From Nitrosarchaeum sp. (lineage in GTDB: Archaea > Thermoproteota > Nitrososphaeria > Nitrososphaerales > Nitrosopumilaceae), in NCBI GenBank assembly GCA_046712755.1, contig JBKKCM010000059.1, positions 9,107 to 73,106 of the forward strand: a stretch of 64,000 nt of DNA. Direction: 5' to 3'. The position numbers and the translations under genes are program-made. The notes under the pieces are model-generated. The model ran no database searches, was not told the origin of the DNA, and saw only the letters and a list, made by a program, of their open reading frames with translations. Of the stretch, positions 19,045-28,931 are shown piece after piece. Every line of letters begins with the position of its first letter. The first letter of the stretch is position 1.

Positions 19045-19147
19045 GCGTGACCCTGCAGAACGAAAAAGGCAATCAGGCGTTTAACGTCCTGACCATGAGA
19101 GGAAATCTCTCTATGTTCTGCAATTAAGGGTTACGCCTTTTTGTTTT
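19045..19147 (+). ncRNA. Candidate structured non-coding RNA
   Basis: Nested 10-bp and 7-bp stems enclosing two hairpins, followed by a T-tract; strand inferred from the T-tract. Confidence 0.5.
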
Positions 19148-19445
19148 CTAGAATCAAAATCCGATCATCTTAAAACGATATAATTACACACTATATCTTG
19201 AGATTCTACAAATTGTATGTTTGTCATCCTAGCAAAAACTAGAATCTTCAAAATAATCAAAATATTTTCTTATAGACAATAGTATGGATCTGCTTTTATT
19301 CTAGAAACGCGTAGTAATGGTTGGAAAGCTGACACAATATCCTTTGTCAAATGCTGGCATCAGTTTGCTGGTCTTTGCTTACTTGCAGGGCTATGCAAAG
19401 GTTGATCCGCAAAAGTCAGCTTCCAAATTTTACTAGATCAATAAA

Positions 19446-20720
19446 CTAGAGATCAACGTCTCGAGTTTCTCGGCTTAGTAGTGTAGGAATAATTACAATT
19501 ATTGCACCAATTATAATATTGATGCCAAGTGCAACAGGTATCAATTGTTTTGGAACGCTAGACATCAAATATAATGCAATTAACGGAGACCAAGAACCAA
19601 AAATCAATCCAGCGTTATATGAAAATCCTGCAGCGCTGTTTCGTATCTGTGTTGGAAATCTTTCTGAAAAATATGCAGGGATTGGTCCTGATGCAGTTGA
19701 TATGACAAATGCAAATACTATAACATACAATACCAATCCATATACATTATCCAAGATTGCATTTGCCAAAGGAATTGAAATCAATATAGATGCAAATACA
19801 AAAATAAGCATTGATTTTTTTCGTCCAATTTTTTGCGATAGCCAACCAGTAAGAATCATCCCAACCCAAGACGATGCAGTAGCACAAATCATAATTAGTG
19901 CTATTTGCTCTTTTTGAAAATTACCAAACTGTTCTAAATATGTAGGCAAGATGCTAATTGACCCATGATACATATAGACAAGACCAGTCATTATTGCGGC
20001 ACAAAGCAAAAACTCTTTTCGATGTATTCCAAAAACAATGCTTCGCAGTGGGGTCTTTTCAAGCCCATTTTCTTTGCTCTTTTTTATCCATAATGGGGAT
20101 TCGTCCATGCTGAGTCTTACAAAAAGTGCAACAAAGCCCGGAATTATGCCTGTAAAAAAGAGGATTCGCCAACCAAACTCCTCAAAGAGATGCCCTGGAA
20201 AAATAATAGTTATGATTTGAAATGAGATTGCAGCCAAGAGAAAGCCAAATGAGAATCCGCTTTGTAAAAATCCAGACAACAAACCTCTTTTCTGTTTTGG
20301 AATGCTTTCAATTGTCAGTACAGCGCCACTGCCCCATTCACCACCAGCAAAGATTCCTTGAATTAGACGAACCATTATCAAAAGAATTGGCGCCAATACT
20401 CCAACAACTGCATACGTGGGCAACAGTCCAACGGCAAATGTTGCAACTGAAAATCCTAGTATTGTGATAACCATAGATTTTTTTCTACCAAACTTATCTC
20501 CATAAATTCCAAAAATCACAGAACCAAGTGGCCTCATTATTAGTGTGACTGTGTATGATGCAAATGTTGCAAGTATACTAAACACAGGATCCTGAGATGG
20601 GAAAAACAATTGGCTAATCGAAGGAACGACTAAAAGCATCAACACAATATCGTATCCATCCAAGGACCATCCAAGAAATGAACCGATGGCAATTTTTTTC
20701 TGAGCTACAGTTAAACTCAA
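19446..20720 (-). CDS. MFS transporter (metabolite:H+ symporter type)
   Basis: GWSLDGYD, GDKFGRK, RLIQGIFAGGEWG; 12 TM helices. Confidence 0.93.
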   Translation of the reverse strand: MSLTVAQKKIAIGSFLGWSLDGYDIVLMLLVVPSISQLFFPSQDPVFSILATFASYTVTLIMRPLGSVIFGIYGDKFGRKKSMVITILGFSVATFAVGLLPTYAVVGVLAPILLIMVRLIQGIFAGGEWGSGAVLTIESIPKQKRGLLSGFLQSGFSFGFLLAAISFQIITIIFPGHLFEEFGWRILFFTGIIPGFVALFVRLSMDESPLWIKKSKENGLEKTPLRSIVFGIHRKEFLLCAAIMTGLVYMYHGSISILPTYLEQFGNFQKEQIALIMICATASSWVGMILTGWLSQKIGRKKSMLIFVFASILISIPLANAILDNVYGLVLYVIVFAFVISTASGPIPAYFSERFPTQIRNSAAGFSYNAGLIFGSWSPLIALYLMSSVPKQLIPVALGINIIIGAIIVIIPTLLSRETRDVDL

Positions 20721-20824
20721 TAAAATATTTCCAATCTAGTTGTATATAGGCTTAGATTTTAAAATAAAAAAAGTCACATACACATGGTAGAAATAGAGAA
20801 ACAACTGATCAAATAGAATAAGGC

Positions 20825-21214
20825 ATGACAGAAATCAATGTCAAAGATTATGAAAAAAGATGCCAAGAAATACTTGAAGATGAAGAAGTGAGATTTGCAG
20901 GACTCTTAGACGAATTTGGAAAATTATTAGCTGGAGGATACAAACAAAATATCAGCCCCAGATTGACAGAAGAGCAACATGATGCAGTGAGTAAAGAAGT
21001 GGCAAGCAGAGTTGCAAAAAGAAAAAAATATGACACGGAGTTGGGACGTGTAAAGTATTCGGCATCTAGAAGAGAGCATGTTGTAATAATGAGTTTTCCA
21101 ATTTATGAAAAAGTAGTAATGATAGCGGCAGAGCCGCACGTGAACATTGACAGATTGGCATTTAGAATAATAGAGAAACTAGGAAGTCAGTGGGGGGAGT
21201 TTTTTGGAAAGTGA
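20825..21214 (+). CDS. Thaumarchaeal DUF6659-like protein
   Basis: EVRFAGLLDEFGKLLAGG...ELGRVKYS pattern. Confidence 0.65.
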   Translation: MTEINVKDYEKRCQEILEDEEVRFAGLLDEFGKLLAGGYKQNISPRLTEEQHDAVSKEVASRVAKRKKYDTELGRVKYSASRREHVVIMSFPIYEKVVMIAAEPHVNIDRLAFRIIEKLGSQWGEFFGK

Positions 21215-21297
21215 ATTTTTAGAGTTTTTTGCCTAGTATGTGGCTAGGATCAAAATATATTCAATTATACTAGATTCAAATTAGATACAAAGATACA

Positions 21298-21762
21298 TTG
21301 AAGACAAAAAATTCCAAGAGATTAGAGTCAATCAAGGCAGCTCACCAATCAGGAAGAGCAAGCTATAGTACAAGAATGGAAGATTATCTAGAGGTAATTT
21401 CAGAGCTGGTAGAATTAAAAGGGTATGCCACGACATTGGATATTTCACGATACATGAATGTAAGTGCACCAAGTGTTACAAAGATGCTGCAGAGATTAGA
21501 AGAAAACAAGTTATTAGAGTATGAAAAATATCATGGAATTAATCTGACATCCAGGGGCATGCAGATAGCTTATGAGATAAGACAAAATCACGGAATTTTG
21601 TTGGAGTTTTTTGAGATTTTAGGTGTAAATCATGAAACTGCAAATAAAGATACAGAGGGAATTGAACATCATTTGAATCCAAAAACAATAAAGCAATTAA
21701 GAAAATTCATTACATTTCTAAAATCAAACCCAAAAGTTTTAGATAATTTTAAAAATCCTTGA
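21298..21762 (+). CDS. DtxR/MntR metal-dependent regulator
   Basis: MEDYLEVI, VSAPSVTKMLQRL, EGIEHHL. Confidence 0.92.
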   Translation: MKTKNSKRLESIKAAHQSGRASYSTRMEDYLEVISELVELKGYATTLDISRYMNVSAPSVTKMLQRLEENKLLEYEKYHGINLTSRGMQIAYEIRQNHGILLEFFEILGVNHETANKDTEGIEHHLNPKTIKQLRKFITFLKSNPKVLDNFKNP

Positions 21763-23575
21763 GAAATATTTGAATGTCGCTTTGAGATGATGCAAGTTTC
21801 ATAAGAGTTCTTGAAGCCTCAGAGCGTTTAGGAATTAGTATCTCACCTTTTTTGCCAATTCTGACAGATGTCACATATTTGTCATGGATATAGATATCAG
21901 CATGCATTGAGGAATATTCTCTGCCGACAGTTAGCAATAACGCAGTTTTGGATTCTGAAAAAGTAAATGGCAGATCACCAGATGTATTGGCAGAATGAGA
22001 ATTTTTTTCAACGACATCGATGTGAATTTTGAGTAATTTTTCAATCTCGTTTATGTTGGACCCACCTTTACCAATAATGGATGACATGTATTGCTTGTCA
22101 ACTAGAACCTTCACTTTATTATCAGATAATATCTCAACTTCTACCCTAGGATCGAATTTCCTAAAGATGTCTCGTATTTTGTCTTCTGCGAGTTTCTCAA
22201 TTCCAACTTTTGGCGCTTTTTTTGAGACTGGAACTATGACATTTTCTTCACCAAAAGTATAGATCTCATGCTCAAGTACATTATCGGCAAAATTCCTAAT
22301 CTCAATTACAGGTCTTGCCAAGTCAGACTCGGTCATGCCGGTGGGAACTTTTACTACAAGCTCCAAGTCATAGATTTTACCAATGTGCCCGTCTTTGACA
22401 AAAACTACAGTATCTATAACATTTGGGATTATTCCTAGTTCAATTTTTCCAATAAAACGTTGTATTGCATCCAAAGGAGAGTTTGCATGTACAACGCCGA
22501 CCATCCCCACACCAGTAAGTCTTAGATCAGCAAATGTGCGAAAGTCTTCTCGTCTTCGCACTTCATCAAAAATGGTATAATCAGGACGAACCAATAATAA
22601 AATATCAGCACTGTTATCAAAACTTCCATCTAGTTTTGTGTATTGTGTAACTCCAGGATCCACTTGCAGATCACGCGGAGATTCAAATGTTTTTACAATC
22701 TTTCCTGTATGGTGATAAAAATTAGCCAGACTGGATGCCAGAGTACTTTTTCCAGACCCGGGAGGACCAGAGATTATAATTCCCTCTGCCCTATCAGAAA
22801 ATCTCTTCATCAACTCTGCAGATATCTCATAATCGTCTAGGGTTAATTTCACAATAGGATGAACTATTGTGATTTCAAATGCTTCAGAAAATGGGGGGTA
22901 AGTAATGGCAATTCGATAATCATTGTACTGAATTACAGATGCACCAGTCTTTGAGATCTCTACAGTGCTTGAATCAAAAGTCGTAGTCTCTAAGATTTGA
23001 GATGATATGAATTGCAAATATTCTTTGGTAAGAATTTCATCACCTAGTTTTGTCAGATTAAAAGAACCAGGCTTTCCTTTTTTTGCCATTGGAGGCATGT
23101 TTTCTTTGAGATGCACGCTCATTGTTTCAGAATCAAAAAATTTTAAAAATTCCAAAACAAGATTTTTAGAAATTGGTTTTACAAATACTGATTCCAGTCC
23201 TTCTGCCTGTGCCACTAAATGTTGGACATGATCTGAGGTGTAAAGAATAGCCTGATTTTGTTTTGCTACATCTTTAATTATTGTGTCAATCCTGCCGGCA
23301 CTTGCCATACGAATATCCTCAGAGGTAGGATGAGCACCATGGATTGTTATAACCAAACCAAAATTATTTGATATTTCTTTGAGTTTTTTTATCCCCTCTA
23401 GTCCGATAAATCCCTGTTCCTTTTTCTGAGATGCTTGAGATTGTAATTCATCAAAAACTGCCTGGGGTATTATAATTTCAGAATTTTGAATGTGTCCAGA
23501 TTCAATCTGGGCAATCAATTGTCCATTAATTATGATACTTGTATCAACAACAATCTTTGACAAATTTTCTATCAA
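21749..23575 (-). CDS. PIN-domain ATPase with KH domain (PINA-like)
   Basis: VVDTS PIN motif, GPPGSGKST, DEVR, IIGKGG KH motif. Confidence 0.92.
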   Translation of the reverse strand: MIENLSKIVVDTSIIINGQLIAQIESGHIQNSEIIIPQAVFDELQSQASQKKEQGFIGLEGIKKLKEISNNFGLVITIHGAHPTSEDIRMASAGRIDTIIKDVAKQNQAILYTSDHVQHLVAQAEGLESVFVKPISKNLVLEFLKFFDSETMSVHLKENMPPMAKKGKPGSFNLTKLGDEILTKEYLQFISSQILETTTFDSSTVEISKTGASVIQYNDYRIAITYPPFSEAFEITIVHPIVKLTLDDYEISAELMKRFSDRAEGIIISGPPGSGKSTLASSLANFYHHTGKIVKTFESPRDLQVDPGVTQYTKLDGSFDNSADILLLVRPDYTIFDEVRRREDFRTFADLRLTGVGMVGVVHANSPLDAIQRFIGKIELGIIPNVIDTVVFVKDGHIGKIYDLELVVKVPTGMTESDLARPVIEIRNFADNVLEHEIYTFGEENVIVPVSKKAPKVGIEKLAEDKIRDIFRKFDPRVEVEILSDNKVKVLVDKQYMSSIIGKGGSNINEIEKLLKIHIDVVEKNSHSANTSGDLPFTFSESKTALLLTVGREYSSMHADIYIHDKYVTSVRIGKKGEILIPKRSEASRTLMKLASSQSDIQIFLKDF

Positions 23576-23600
23576 TTTTTAAATGAATCTAGACCCTAAA

Positions 23601-24005
23601 TTACTTTGCCAAAATATTAGAAATGGCTTTCAAGACATTGTTAAAGTCAAATGGTTTTGAGATAAAAGAAGAAGCACCAGAATCCAAACATTGTTGGATT
23701 ATTTTTTGATCATCGCTGGCAGTAATCAGTATTATCTTGGCATCCGGGTTTTGCGCAATGATTTCTTTGACAACAGCAAGACCATCTTTTTTAGGCATTG
23801 CCAAATCTAAAAGTAACAAATCAGGATGTAATTGCAGAAATAGTTCCACAGCTTCTGCACCGTCTTTTGCTTCTCCTACTATAGTATGATCACCAATAGT
23901 CAAAATATCTTTTAGAACTAGTCTAATAGCATCAGAATCATCTGCAATCATAATGTTTCCCAACAAATCATCGTATGATTCCATATAATTAAAAATATGT
24001 ATCAA
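23601..24005 (-). CDS. Stand-alone response regulator receiver
   Basis: IADDS, LLDLAMP, FISKPF. Confidence 0.92.
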   Translation of the reverse strand: MIHIFNYMESYDDLLGNIMIADDSDAIRLVLKDILTIGDHTIVGEAKDGAEAVELFLQLHPDLLLLDLAMPKKDGLAVVKEIIAQNPDAKIILITASDDQKIIQQCLDSGASSFISKPFDFNNVLKAISNILAK

Positions 24006-24385
24006 GAAAGAGCAGAAGACAGGTTGGAAATCCTTTGTTTTATTTTATCCAAATTATAATCTGAACAAGTCATAGATTTTTTCATTTCATCTACTGCAAT
24101 TATTAGTAGTTCAAGTATTTCATCGGCAATAATATCATTCATGATTTTTTTTAACAGAGAGTCAAGTAAGGAGGACAGATTCCCTAAATCTTCTTTTCCC
24201 ATCATTGGGGCCAGTCCTTTAATTTTATGAGTAGATTTTTGAATTTTTGCTGCATTTGCAGACACATCAAGACTGCTCTGACAGGAATTTAGAATATTTT
24301 GAATTTCGGAGATTTCATTATTAATTTCAGCGGTTGCAACTTTGAGAAATTCATCAGACATGCAGACTAATTTAATAAAATTCAC
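24002..24385 (-). CDS. Stand-alone Hpt domain protein
   Basis: THKIKGLAPMMG. Confidence 0.85.
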   Translation of the reverse strand: MNFIKLVCMSDEFLKVATAEINNEISEIQNILNSCQSSLDVSANAAKIQKSTHKIKGLAPMMGKEDLGNLSSLLDSLLKKIMNDIIADEILELLIIAVDEMKKSMTCSDYNLDKIKQRISNLSSALS

Positions 24386-24422
24386 CCATTATTTTTATAC
24401 CCTGTGCTAGGTTTTAGATACT

Positions 24423-26306
24423 GTGAAGATTATCAATAAGACGTACCTACTAGTGGCAATTCTAATTGTAGCTGCAGTCATCAATTTGACATTACTTTAT
24501 CAGTCAGAACAAATAGATAACTCCCAATCACATTCCATCATCAAAACAGGAGATCTTAAAGTACAGACAGAATCTATTTCAGGATTAGCTGTATCTGTGG
24601 CAAACGGGCATGTGGAAGATAAAGATAATTTAGATGAAGAGATAGAAAACACAAATTCCTTTCTCATCATGTTAAAAAATGGCGGAGTAATTAAAGGACA
24701 AACAATGCAAAAAATTCCGCCTTCAATAACATCAGATTATAATAAAGTGATAACATCATGGAATGTATATAAAGAAAAAGCATTGAACGTAGAAAAAACA
24801 TCAGTTTTTGATAAAGAAGCAACAAACGCGATGAATTATGTACTACAAAAAAATAGCGAGCTAATTTTAACAACAAATTCGCTATCTAAAGAATTATCAG
24901 ATTTAGGAAGAGACTACAACAGACATAAAGAAATTGCCAACGAGTTAGAAAAGTCTGCAAAAGAAATTGGGCAATTAACCTTGTTAATTTCAATTGGTGA
25001 AGAAGAAATGGCACAAGAAAAATTGAAAAAAGAAAGAATAGCATTTGAAGTAGGCATACGAAAATTATTGGGTATATCAACAAAAGAGCTAGATGTAGAA
25101 AGTATAGGGCAAAAACATGAAGAATTAATCCAAATTCCAAGAGAAAATTCAAATGAATTACGAAAACTAGATCCATTGTGGGAAGCACTTCAACCCAAAA
25201 TTGGCATTCTTGAAGAAAGGGCATTACTATCTCCAAATTTTAATTTAGCAAAAAATGAGATGAATATTGAAAAATTAATTTTATTTTCAGAGATCGATAA
25301 TTTATTAAATTCATGGAATGCTCAAATGGCAAAAGAAGGCAATCAAAAGCAATTAATCATTCAGATTTTATTAATAATAGATATCGCGATATTCTTTGTA
25401 GTACTTTATGTCATTAGACAGTCTCTTTTACCTCTAAAATTAATCACAGATGCACTTTCAGAAATTAAAGAAGGGGCATATGGTGAAAAAATAAAATACA
25501 CAAAAGCAGATGAGGTGGGAAAATTAGCAAATACATTTAACATAATGTCAGATACAATTAAAGAAAAAGAAGAACAAGCCAAGAAAACAGAAATTGCAAA
25601 AGATGAATTTCTGGCAATGATTACTCATGAATTAAAAACTCCACTAGTTCCTATTCAAGGATATGCAGATATTTTACTGAGTGAGCATTTAGGAAAATTG
25701 ACAGACAAACAAAAAGAGAGAATAAGCATAATAAAATCCAGTTCAGAAACATTACTGGCATTAATATCAGATTTACTTGATGCTCAAAAATTAGAATTAG
25801 GTCAGCTTAAAATTAGAAAAGAAAATGCTAACATAAAAGACACAGTTACAAATACAATAGAATTATTTTTGCCACAAGCACAGAAAAACAAAATAGAGAT
25901 CATTTCAAACGTACATGATCTTTCAATAGAACATGATCCAGAGAGAATAAAACAAGTGATAACAAACCTAATCAAGAATAGTTTGATGGTAATAGAGCCA
26001 GAAAAAGGAAAAATAGAGATATCAATGAAAGATCTTCCACAAGAGATTCAAATTAGCGTAAAAGATAATGGGATTGGCATTCCAATAGACAAACAAGGTA
26101 ATCTGTTCAAGAAATTTTATCAGGTGGATGCAACGCTAACAAGAGAAAAAGGTGGAAGCGGCTTGGGATTATCAATATGTAAAGGAATAATTGAAAATCA
26201 CGGGGGGGCAATTACTGTAAAGAGCATACCAAAAATAGAAACAATATTTACTTTTACACTGCCAAAAAAAGCAGAGTCAGGAAAATCCCCAATTGGACTT
26301 GCTTAA
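24423..26306 (+). CDS. Membrane sensor histidine kinase (HAMP-HisKA-HATPase)
   Basis: THELKTPL, NLIKNS, DNGIGI, GSGLGL. Confidence 0.95.
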   Translation: MKIINKTYLLVAILIVAAVINLTLLYQSEQIDNSQSHSIIKTGDLKVQTESISGLAVSVANGHVEDKDNLDEEIENTNSFLIMLKNGGVIKGQTMQKIPPSITSDYNKVITSWNVYKEKALNVEKTSVFDKEATNAMNYVLQKNSELILTTNSLSKELSDLGRDYNRHKEIANELEKSAKEIGQLTLLISIGEEEMAQEKLKKERIAFEVGIRKLLGISTKELDVESIGQKHEELIQIPRENSNELRKLDPLWEALQPKIGILEERALLSPNFNLAKNEMNIEKLILFSEIDNLLNSWNAQMAKEGNQKQLIIQILLIIDIAIFFVVLYVIRQSLLPLKLITDALSEIKEGAYGEKIKYTKADEVGKLANTFNIMSDTIKEKEEQAKKTEIAKDEFLAMITHELKTPLVPIQGYADILLSEHLGKLTDKQKERISIIKSSSETLLALISDLLDAQKLELGQLKIRKENANIKDTVTNTIELFLPQAQKNKIEIISNVHDLSIEHDPERIKQVITNLIKNSLMVIEPEKGKIEISMKDLPQEIQISVKDNGIGIPIDKQGNLFKKFYQVDATLTREKGGSGLGLSICKGIIENHGGAITVKSIPKIETIFTFTLPKKAESGKSPIGLA

Positions 26307-26375
26307 AGAAAACAAACTTTTTTAACTAAAATCACTCACACTCTTGAAAAAATGGATTTTTTGCAATGATCATTA

Positions 26376-26516
26376 ATGAGTCAAGAAAATGATAAAAATA
26401 CAGAGTTTTACGCAAACTGTGCTACATATTTTGAATTCCTGCGTAAAAAAGGATACAGTGACTATAATTTTGAGGATGAATACTACTTTACCATGCCTGC
26501 AATATCAAATCAGTAA
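26376..26516 (+). CDS. 46-aa small protein below the ORF-track cutoff
   Basis: MSQENDKNTEFYANCATYFEFLRKKGYSDYNFEDEYYFTMPAISNQ*. Confidence 0.55.
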   Translation: MSQENDKNTEFYANCATYFEFLRKKGYSDYNFEDEYYFTMPAISNQ

Positions 26517-26578
26517 AGCAAACAAAAGACTTACGAACCATCAATTAGAGAAAATACAATAGCAGTGTAAATGAAAAC

Positions 26579-27172
26579 ATGGATTCTGAATTAGAAACAA
26601 CAAGACAAAAGATAATAGAATGCACCAAGTGTGAACTTTCCAAGACTAGAACAAATGCAGTTCCAGGTAAAGGAAATTTTCAATCTGATGTGATTTTTGT
26701 CGGAGAAGCACCTGGTAGAAATGAGGATAAAAATGGAGAGCCGTTTGTGGGAATTGCTGGACAAAGACTTAGCCTTGCATTAGAAAATGCAGGAGTGTCA
26801 AGAGAATCAATATACATTACAAATGTTGTAAAGTGTAGACCGCCAAACAACAGAGTTCCAACAATTTCTGAGAGAAACACATGCCAAGATTATCTTCAAA
26901 AAGAAATTTCCATAATAAAACCAAAAATAATATGCATTTTGGGAAATACGGCATTTAATTCAATTTTAGGTGGATCCGAAATTACAAAATACAGAGGTAA
27001 AATTGTAAAAAAAGACAAGCAGTTTTATTTTTTGACAGTCCATCCAGCGGCTACAATTTACAATCAAGAATTAATCACAGTTCTAAAAGAAGATATTGCC
27101 AAATTATTTGATTTGATCAGAGAGTTAAAAAATGGCAAACAAATTTCAGCAGACATTGACTATTCTGCCTAG
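26579..27172 (+). CDS. udg: Uracil-DNA glycosylase family 4
   Basis: CTKC Fe-S motif, GEAPG, TNVVKCRPP, HPAA. Confidence 0.93.
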   Translation: MDSELETTRQKIIECTKCELSKTRTNAVPGKGNFQSDVIFVGEAPGRNEDKNGEPFVGIAGQRLSLALENAGVSRESIYITNVVKCRPPNNRVPTISERNTCQDYLQKEISIIKPKIICILGNTAFNSILGGSEITKYRGKIVKKDKQFYFLTVHPAATIYNQELITVLKEDIAKLFDLIRELKNGKQISADIDYSA

Positions 27173-27725
27173 AACGTTTTATTCACGTGACACTGTTACA
27201 GTTGCAAAAAGTCTACTAGGAAAAAAAATAGTACGAAAGATAGGCAAACATGAGATTTCAGGAATAATCATAGAGACAGAAGCATACAGACATAAAGATG
27301 ATCCAGCAAGTCACGCATTTAGAAAAATTACTGAGCGAAACAAAGTAATGTTTGACGAAGTAGGAAAAGCATATGTCTATTTTACATATGGAATGCATTA
27401 TTGCTTTAATGTAGTTGCAAGAAATTCAAAGTTTGAGGCAGGTGCAGTTTTAATTCGTGCAATCATACCTGAAAAAGGAATAGAGGTAATGGTGAAAAAC
27501 AGAGGCACAAAGGACAGGAAAAAACTTACTGATGGTCCTGCTAAGTTAACGCAGGCATTGGGGATTACAAAAGAACACTATGGAGTAGACTTGACTACAG
27601 ATTCAAAATTATTCATTATCGAAGGAGTAAAAAAACAGGGAAAGATAATTGCAGGCCCCAGAATCGGAATAAAAAATGCGACAGACAGATTGTGGAATTT
27701 TAAGATGTCAATAAAAGAAAACTAA
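27132..27725 (+). CDS. mpg: DNA-3-methyladenine glycosylase (MPG)
   Basis: IIETEAY, YVYFTYGMHYCFN, GAVLIRA, GPAKL. Confidence 0.92.
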   Translation: MANKFQQTLTILPRTFYSRDTVTVAKSLLGKKIVRKIGKHEISGIIIETEAYRHKDDPASHAFRKITERNKVMFDEVGKAYVYFTYGMHYCFNVVARNSKFEAGAVLIRAIIPEKGIEVMVKNRGTKDRKKLTDGPAKLTQALGITKEHYGVDLTTDSKLFIIEGVKKQGKIIAGPRIGIKNATDRLWNFKMSIKEN

Positions 27726-27727
27726 AT

Positions 27728-28360
27728 CTATTTGTCATTGTTTTCATCTAATGTCCATGGTGCAAATCTTCCTAAGATTCTTTGCCAATCTAATCTTAAA
27801 AGCAAAATAATGATAGCAGTCATCATCGCACCAAAGATTATGATTCCAACATACACAGTAGTTACATCAGTTACATTTTCAAGAAATGGCTCTACCAAAG
27901 AGAGACCAAGATTATGAGAGATAAGAACAATGGAATAACTAAGAACAATTTTGCCAGTAAGTGTAGCAATGAAAAATCTTTTTGGGTTATATTTTGCCAG
28001 TCCTAGTGGGATGTAGATTAAATCATCCGGAATTGGTGTTGCGGCAGCAACAAATGCAGCAGCTGCACCATATCGTTTTACTAATCTTTCAAATGGTCGC
28101 ATTCTCTTTCTAGTTTTTTCATTTAGAATATGCCGTCCTTCATAACTCACATAAAAAATAATTTGTTTTGCAACAGTTGCAGTTAATGCAGAGAGTAATG
28201 CCAGAACATGTAGATTAAATTGATCACCTACAGACATCGAAGCAAGTAAAATAAAACCAGGTAATGGAATAAATGGAATTAAAGAACCAAAAAAATTAAC
28301 AAGACCTAAACCAAGATATCCCACTTCTGGAGCAAATGGAAACAATGCAGAAAAATCCAC
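27728..28360 (-). CDS. VTT/DedA (SNARE-associated) membrane protein
   Basis: TPIPDDLIYIPLGL; multiple TM helices. Confidence 0.8.
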   Translation of the reverse strand: MDFSALFPFAPEVGYLGLGLVNFFGSLIPFIPLPGFILLASMSVGDQFNLHVLALLSALTATVAKQIIFYVSYEGRHILNEKTRKRMRPFERLVKRYGAAAAFVAAATPIPDDLIYIPLGLAKYNPKRFFIATLTGKIVLSYSIVLISHNLGLSLVEPFLENVTDVTTVYVGIIIFGAMMTAIIILLLRLDWQRILGRFAPWTLDENNDK

Positions 28361-28472
28361 AAATCACCCAGCCATCAAGCATTATTTAACAAAAGCGAAC
28401 ACGATACAGGATGATTTGGCAAAAGATTATCTTCATAATCATTAAAATATCATCTTTTTACAACCAAAACAG

Positions 28473-28853
28473 ATGATCAAAAAAGAATACCCAAAAATTT
28501 GTGATGGAATAACAGGAATTAGCCCATATATCAGATTTGTAGGGATAATTGGACAGGGAGGAGAACTTTTAGCATACAAAAGAAGGCCAGATTTAAACCC
28601 ACTTTTGAATGCAAAAAATACGCAGTACCAATTTTCACATATTGCCATAAAAACAGATCTCGAGGGATTCTTTGATAAGAGTCTTGGGGAAATTGAATTT
28701 GTTTGGGAAGAAAGAAAGAAAGTTCAAACAATATCATTTGCAATTAAAAAAGTTCGTGTTTGGATATCAATTGATAAAAAAGTAATTCGCTCAGAAATGC
28801 TAAGAATAATTGATTCTTGCTTACCAATTGTAAAAAAATACGCTCAGGCATAA
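28473..28853 (+). CDS. Thaumarchaeal DUF6659-like protein
   Basis: YIRFVGIIGQGGELLAYKRR...SLGEIEF; distant paralog of 20825..21214. Confidence 0.6.
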   Translation: MIKKEYPKICDGITGISPYIRFVGIIGQGGELLAYKRRPDLNPLLNAKNTQYQFSHIAIKTDLEGFFDKSLGEIEFVWEERKKVQTISFAIKKVRVWISIDKKVIRSEMLRIIDSCLPIVKKYAQA

Positions 28854-28931
28854 ATGGATTAAAATATATTTCATAATATAAAAAATCAGAGCAATCCTTA
28901 ACTTTTTTAAAACAATTACTCTAAGAGAATC

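Noticed and set aside
19088-19111. Hammerhead ribozyme core
   Set aside because: CUGACCAUGA does not fit CUGANGA-stem II-GAAA spacing.
14800-19440. Integron cassette array (attC sites)
   Set aside because: The hairpins lack RYYYAAC...GTTRRRY boxes, are not regularly placed after each ORF, and no integrase is present.
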